Part shown: in pieces, positions 58,882 through 64,000 of the stretch
Position numbering within the stretch: position 1 is the stretch's first letter
Layout of the letters: the number at the start of each line of letters is the position of its first letter
Assembly: GCA_039934415.1 (NCBI GenBank)
Contig: JBDTME010000007.1
Coordinates: forward strand, 3,955-67,954
Direction of reading: 5' to 3'
DNA from: Patescibacteria group bacterium
Lineage (GTDB): Bacteria; Patescibacteriota; Microgenomatia; UBA1400; PJMF01
Length of the DNA: 64,000 bases
The notes under the pieces: generated by a model
Databases searched by the model: none
What the model was told of the DNA's origin: nothing
The model's input: the letters and a program-made list of their open reading frames with translations, nothing else
Program-made: the position numbers and the translations under genes

Positions 58882-60432
58882 CTACTCGCGTTTTATTGCC
58901 ACATCGTACATCGCTTTTGCTTGTTCGTAACTCACAACCCAACCAGTTTGGCGAACGCTTTTGTATACGGCTGTGCGGAAAAAATCACCAGTTGAGTCAT
59001 AAACTTCTGGATAACCTCGATATCGCTTGATGTTAAAGGTATATGCATCGAGTTGATTTTTTGCTTGATCGAGATACTTTTGATCACCAGTTGTTTGCCC
59101 CAATCGAACTAACAATTTAATGTATTCCTGTCCCCAATTACTCCAAATTGCGGTCGTACCATACGTGGGTGCCACCAAACGCACTAATCCCACCACTTCA
59201 GACTTACGAAGATCTGCCTGATATCTCAACCCAAAAGGCTGATCTATTTCATTGCGCTGGATATACTCGACAGATCGAACGAAATAATACCTTTCTTCTG
59301 GAATTGCCGGATCCAAAAAGCCAGTCATCTGAACAATTAACCAATCTGAAGAGTAGGCATGTTGTTGCTGAGACACTGTACTTAAATCTTCCAAAAACAC
59401 GCCAGTGGTATCGTCCCAAAAAGCTCTGATTATCTTTTTTTTCAACTCTGTGAGAAAGAGTTCATCTTTCTGAATGAGCCCTAACTCTTGAGCAAGTTGC
59501 TGGGTTCGCCAAAAAATAACATTGTCATAAAAAGCACTTTCGCGATGCGTTACATCCTTAGTCCCTGACAAAGTAATATCCCTACGAATAAGTCCAGTTT
59601 GTGGGTTGTAGACTTCGGCGACATAGTTCTGGAATTGACGAATTAAGCTTGTTTTGTGTTGCGCCAAGAGTTGTGCTGCTTGGTTGTTTGTTTGTAACGC
59701 AAATGACGCTTCGACGTTGGATGGATATGGATACAATCGCTCAATCGTCGTTTCATCCTCAATCATTTTTAAACCATACAGCAAGCTATATAACGTGTCT
59801 GATGGGGTTGCGTAAAAATTTAATAAGACAACAGAGCGTGGTGCGACCGGCACAATCGTCGTAGAGAGACGATCAGAGTTCTCATAGACTTGAAGTGCAT
59901 ATGCTTCCGTTTTTAAATACAGCAGCTGCCGGTCTTTCCAGTCTTGCTCATCTAAGGCAGTACGAGGATCCATGAGTGAGTGGTAAAAAATCCCCAATGA
60001 CCGAGGATATAACATACTAAAATGATCACCTGAGATTAAGAATGGTTGGGCTGGGTTGAATCGAAGTTGATGAATAGCTTTGATGATCTCTTCGACACTC
60101 CCCGACTTGGCTTTTGGACCACCAACGTAGCGACTGTTGAGAATATGCCACCCAGTTTTAATGAGCGCTAACTGTTTGAAAAAAGCGTCATGTTTGACAA
60201 AAGTTGAGGCATCGTCCTCAAGCACAAACTGACCATCTTTATAATCAACTGCATGAAACGGGTCGACAATCAAAGAAAAACGCACAAACGGATTCGTAAA
60301 ATAGGAAAAAACGGCCACACAGATGAGTAAAACGAACAATACTTTCAGTACTCTTCTTTTGATACGTCGTTTTGTTTTGAGCTTATGAAACAGCCGATGA
60401 ATCGTTGGTGGCAAGTTGGGCATCTCGGGCAC
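58882..60432 (-). CDS. Membrane-anchored protein, possible six-hairpin glycosidase-like
   Basis: N-terminal TM, helical body, AFWD...G.F, C-terminal GYPEVY. Confidence 0.5.
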   Translation of the reverse strand: MPEMPNLPPTIHRLFHKLKTKRRIKRRVLKVLFVLLICVAVFSYFTNPFVRFSLIVDPFHAVDYKDGQFVLEDDASTFVKHDAFFKQLALIKTGWHILNSRYVGGPKAKSGSVEEIIKAIHQLRFNPAQPFLISGDHFSMLYPRSLGIFYHSLMDPRTALDEQDWKDRQLLYLKTEAYALQVYENSDRLSTTIVPVAPRSVVLLNFYATPSDTLYSLLYGLKMIEDETTIERLYPYPSNVEASFALQTNNQAAQLLAQHKTSLIRQFQNYVAEVYNPQTGLIRRDITLSGTKDVTHRESAFYDNVIFWRTQQLAQELGLIQKDELFLTELKKKIIRAFWDDTTGVFLEDLSTVSQQQHAYSSDWLIVQMTGFLDPAIPEERYYFVRSVEYIQRNEIDQPFGLRYQADLRKSEVVGLVRLVAPTYGTTAIWSNWGQEYIKLLVRLGQTTGDQKYLDQAKNQLDAYTFNIKRYRGYPEVYDSTGDFFRTAVYKSVRQTGWVVSYEQAKAMYDVAIKRE

Positions 60433-60449
60433 TCTCGATCTGAACAGTG

Positions 60450-61115
60450 TTAAGCTGCCTTACTCACGGAAGACTTGTGGTCCAATAAGTATTGATACGT
60501 CAGCATCCCACCTAAGCCAACCACTGTAGCAGCAATCAGTCCTGGAATTACAAATGCAATCATCCCCACCAAGACCAAGAAGCAACTTACAATTCCATAT
60601 AAGAAAAGCGTGAGCTTGCGACCTTCAGTCATTTGGCCACTCATCACGAACGCTTCTGACCCTGCTGCTTTACCATCTGCAACCAATATCAAAACGTATG
60701 CATATTTAAAAGAAAAGTAGATACCAGGAATGATAAACGCAATCATGCCCAAAAAGATCACGAGCATAAAACGGAGATACATGATCAAAAATGGCACAAA
60801 CTCTGATGCATTATCAAAGATTTTGGCAATCTCTGGTTTTTGACCACGAATAAACGCCAACATGTATTTTATAGAGCCCAGTCCGACGTAGACATTCCAC
60901 ACTGATAGAACAAGGCGTAAAAGAGATAAGAGAGGTCCTCGGGAAAGCACTCTATTTACCAACATCATAGGAACTTGGACTGCCAATAGGTACACAATTA
61001 TAAAGATAGCCAGTTCTTTCCAATTGTCTTTAAATACATGCCATGAGGTACTTAAAATCTCAGAAATCGAAAATTCCTTTAAAGTAAATTTTTGTGCTGT
61101 TGTTGTACTTGCCAT
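60450..61115 (-). CDS. DUF975-like integral membrane protein
   Basis: IIPGIY...Y, S..MTEGRK pattern; multiple TM. Confidence 0.7.
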   Translation of the reverse strand: MASTTTAQKFTLKEFSISEILSTSWHVFKDNWKELAIFIIVYLLAVQVPMMLVNRVLSRGPLLSLLRLVLSVWNVYVGLGSIKYMLAFIRGQKPEIAKIFDNASEFVPFLIMYLRFMLVIFLGMIAFIIPGIYFSFKYAYVLILVADGKAAGSEAFVMSGQMTEGRKLTLFLYGIVSCFLVLVGMIAFVIPGLIAATVVGLGGMLTYQYLLDHKSSVSKAA

Positions 61116-61204
61116 AATTTTTTTCCTCAATGATATATTGTCTACTTATTGTACTCGCAAAAAACGACTTGGCAAATGCCTGATGAAAACAGTAGAATGA
61201 GCCA

Positions 61205-61777
61205 ATGGAACAACTCACTCATTACCCACCAATGACACAGCCTGACATTGAGTCAGACTTGAAGGATAAGCCGCCTTCAGGCAAGACTGTAATGAGTGCA
61301 CAGTTTTTGCAATTCTTTGCGATCTTGTTTGGACTTGCACTCATATTCGGGGCTGCCCTCTCATACTTTAAATTACGACTAGATAATGTACCGAAAGACT
61401 ATCAAGCCTGCGTCCAGCGACCAGGCAGTCGATTACAAAAAACCGTTCCTCCTACCTGCATTACTCTAGAAGGTAATTATTTTATCGGTACTTCTACTAT
61501 GCCTGTTCAACCTTCAACTCCTCCATCCATCCTCAGTTCCCCAACTCCGGCGAGTGTGAACGCACTGACATGCATACGCAGTGGTTGTAGCGGCCAACTG
61601 TGTGTTGAAATCAACGCACCTGACCAAATTAGTACCTGCGAGTATCGCGCAGAGTACTCGTGCTATCAGGAGGCACCGTGTGAGAGACAGACTGATGGTC
61701 AATGTGGCTTTACTCCATCTGCGGCGTTTACTGCATGCTTGGTAGAAAAGAAGGCAGCAGGAGTGGGATTGCAGTAA
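61205..61777 (+). CDS. Membrane protein with eight-cysteine-cluster-like domain
   Basis: CIRSGCSGQLC...STCEY...CY...C.....GQCGF.......C. Confidence 0.7.
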   Translation: MEQLTHYPPMTQPDIESDLKDKPPSGKTVMSAQFLQFFAILFGLALIFGAALSYFKLRLDNVPKDYQACVQRPGSRLQKTVPPTCITLEGNYFIGTSTMPVQPSTPPSILSSPTPASVNALTCIRSGCSGQLCVEINAPDQISTCEYRAEYSCYQEAPCERQTDGQCGFTPSAAFTACLVEKKAAGVGLQ

Positions 61778-61786
61778 AATAGACTG

Positions 61787-62185
61787 CTATTCTTCGATAT
61801 TGATTTTTAAATGCACACTTTCTTCGAGTCTATTTGCTTGCAACCAATTTTCAAAATCAGTTTTTGATTGTTGTTTGTCTTTACCAATGAGTTGAACTGT
61901 CACTTGCTCAATTTGTTTTTGCGGATCACACGAGACGTCGATAAATTTGACTAGATTACGTATCGTTTGCTGAGTTGTAATGTCTTTTTGCTCGGCTTTT
62001 TTAAAAGGGCAACTGGAATAGTACTCTGTCATACTCTGCTGTTCCTGACTTGTGATTCGCAGGCCGTCGTCAGTCTCAGTGGCGGCCAATACGACAATAA
62101 AAAAAACTATGATTAAAATGAATGCAGTTAAAATTACCGCAAATGGTGTTGAGATATTTCTCATTTTCATCATTCGTTCTTTCAT
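61787..62185 (-). CDS. Small membrane-anchored exported protein with two Cys
   Basis: N-terminal TM; abuts the CHAP gene. Confidence 0.7.
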   Translation of the reverse strand: MKERMMKMRNISTPFAVILTAFILIIVFFIVVLAATETDDGLRITSQEQQSMTEYYSSCPFKKAEQKDITTQQTIRNLVKFIDVSCDPQKQIEQVTVQLIGKDKQQSKTDFENWLQANRLEESVHLKINIEE

Positions 62186-63253
62186 CTATTCCTTCATCTG
62201 CAGCCAATAATCGGGTACTTTCGACCAACTATCTGAAAGCTTATCTAGCGTTACCACACCTGTTTTAATATCGATACGATACTGATATTCATAAACCAGC
62301 TGACTCGCATTTGAATTCGCGACTAAGATTGTACCGAATTTTTTCTTTGGCTTCCCATCAACACCGAGATTCTTCTTGGCGTCAGTAGCAAGACTATCGA
62401 TCCGCGTCTCCAATACAATCCCGACATGTCCGTACTGATTTTTAGCAGCAGTGGTACTCCAAACTAGTAAATCACCTTCTACTGGAAGCTGTGTTGCTTG
62501 TCCGCTTTGAAATTTTTTGAATTGGCCAGTTGGGCCTGTGTATTTCGCTGCTAATAAATCTGCCGCATTTGTTCTGCCTTGTTTAATTATTGGTTTTCCA
62601 GCCAGCTCATAACTCATAAAAACAAATGTTACACATTGTAGATAATCATTTATTATCCGGTGTTGAAAAAAATCTGAATGTGGCATCCATGTAACAGATT
62701 TCTGATAGATTATCTGCGCTTTGGTTGGGATGTAAGAATCTCGTGGATCGTCACATTGAAATTGAGAATATAAATGATTTGGACCAATTTTGAGCATGCC
62801 AATTAACAACTGAGCTGCAGAACTTTTTGAATAGTTTTTAGCAGAATTATGAACACCATCACACCCATCAGTACTGGATTCTTGGAACTCGTTGGAAAAA
62901 TCGGGCACTTCATTCTCTGTTAGAGCATCCAAAGAAGTGTCCTCGTTTGTCTGCCAAGTCATTCTTTCCTGAGTAATTTTAGTACTCTGATTTTCGACAC
63001 TATTATTGCGAACAGTTTTATCTCTTTCTATCAAATTTTTTGTTGATTTTTGATCATTTTCTGACCCATTTTGAGTACTTCCCTTTGGGACCTTCAACGG
63101 TTCGATTGTGGTAGATGGATTTGGTAACGAGTGGACACTATAGTCGCTGAAAGGATCTAGTTCTTCACTGCCGATGGCACGAACTACACACTGCTGCATG
63201 CATACAAAGACCGAAACAATAAAAATAGTGAAAATGATTCTAAAACTCCTCAC
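62186..63253 (-). CDS. Secreted CHAP-domain amidase/peptidase
   Basis: QCVTFV, NAADL, P.EGDLLVW, YGHVGIV, NSN. Confidence 0.85.
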   Translation of the reverse strand: MRSFRIIFTIFIVSVFVCMQQCVVRAIGSEELDPFSDYSVHSLPNPSTTIEPLKVPKGSTQNGSENDQKSTKNLIERDKTVRNNSVENQSTKITQERMTWQTNEDTSLDALTENEVPDFSNEFQESSTDGCDGVHNSAKNYSKSSAAQLLIGMLKIGPNHLYSQFQCDDPRDSYIPTKAQIIYQKSVTWMPHSDFFQHRIINDYLQCVTFVFMSYELAGKPIIKQGRTNAADLLAAKYTGPTGQFKKFQSGQATQLPVEGDLLVWSTTAAKNQYGHVGIVLETRIDSLATDAKKNLGVDGKPKKKFGTILVANSNASQLVYEYQYRIDIKTGVVTLDKLSDSWSKVPDYWLQMKE

Positions 63254-63437
63254 TCAGTGAGTGTATTGAACAAAGATGACAAGAAAATGAAATTCTAGTT
63301 ACTAATTACGAGATTCAGAGTTATTGTGCATGTAAATGTATAAAAAAATTCGCATTTTCCTCAAGAAAACAGAATCCTTATTTGCATCCTTACTAAAATG
63401 CGTAATAATGGCTAAATCGAAAAAGGAGCGTTATTTT

Positions 63438-64000
63438 ATGACGGTATTTATCACTAATCTTTCCGAAGATGTGTGGGGATTTATTCAATCTATTGATGAT
63501 GAAAAAGAAAGAACATTTGAGATTTTAGAAAATTCATTTTTGTCAGATCGAGACCTGTTCTCTGTCTGTGATATCCCTGACGCGTGTTTTATCAGTCCCC
63601 AACCAATTGACCCCGATTTTTTTCAATATCAAACAGAGCTAACCGGCGCACAAAACATTCAAGCACTTGCCCCTAAAGTCCACACCGGCGAAGTTTGTAT
63701 CGATTGCATTAAAGACAAAACCTTGTTCAAAAAACTAGTGAAACTAGGAAAAACACACGGTGGACTCACTCTCCTACCGTATTCAACTACTGCGCAATTT
63801 TTTGAATTGGTAAAGGCACTGGAAAAAGCTGGAGTGAGTGTGCAAACACCCGACTCCCCACCTAAAGAAGATTTGTGGACAGTCAATTTCTTGGGAAGCA
63901 AAGCTGGCATTCGTCAAATCGTTCAAAAATATCAACATTTAAATCACGACTTAATCATGGCGGATGGGTTGATTTGTTCAGGCATCAATGAGATTGCGCA
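63438..64000 (+). CDS. Partial ORF, probable (pre-)ATP-grasp family protein
   Basis: Not in ORF track. AAGGAG upstream; MTVFITNLSEDVW...LLPYSTT...VNFLGSKAGIRQ...MADGLIC; open to window edge. Confidence 0.65.
   Translation, partial: MTVFITNLSEDVWGFIQSIDDEKERTFEILENSFLSDRDLFSVCDIPDACFISPQPIDPDFFQYQTELTGAQNIQALAPKVHTGEVCIDCIKDKTLFKKLVKLGKTHGGLTLLPYSTTAQFFELVKALEKAGVSVQTPDSPPKEDLWTVNFLGSKAGIRQIVQKYQHLNHDLIMADGLICSGINEIA

Noticed and set aside
63659-63910. 83-aa minus-strand ORF
   Set aside because: Shadow of the plus-strand partial gene starting at 63438
1-64000. Alternative genetic code (UGA=Gly)
   Set aside because: Conserved genes are full length under code 11 and some end in TGA (e.g. ychF)

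Overview
Chromosomal window from a small-genome bacterium using the standard genetic code. Gene content and style (many orphan membrane-anchored proteins, few Shine-Dalgarno sites) suggest a Patescibacteria/CPR organism, probably Microgenomates-like; this assignment is inference. It is mostly housekeeping: topA, dprA, mrdA/mreBCD, rpsF-ssb-rpsR, ychF, cysS, hpf, recR, ahcY, dnaX, ybeY, rpsU, proS, prs, rseP, frr, def-fmt, rpmB, glmS, pyrD, rfbC. It also has a Doc-type toxin-antitoxin pair and several secreted or Cys-rich surface proteins. The most notable content is non-coding and absent from the ORF track. (1) Two leaderless Cys-Cys leader-peptide attenuators with full 1:2/2:3/3:4 geometry, one before cysS and one before an unknown 67-aa gene. 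(2) A proS T-box with no recognisable Stem I, carrying instead a cloverleaf whose anticodon-like loop shows the Pro codon CCU. (3) A divergent glmS ribozyme followed directly by an intrinsic terminator. (4) Further structured leaders before rpsF, hpf, rpsU and a Cys-rich peptidase gene, plus widespread apparent leaderless transcription. No rRNA, canonical tRNA, CRISPR array or transposase was seen. All RNA pairings were worked out by eye.
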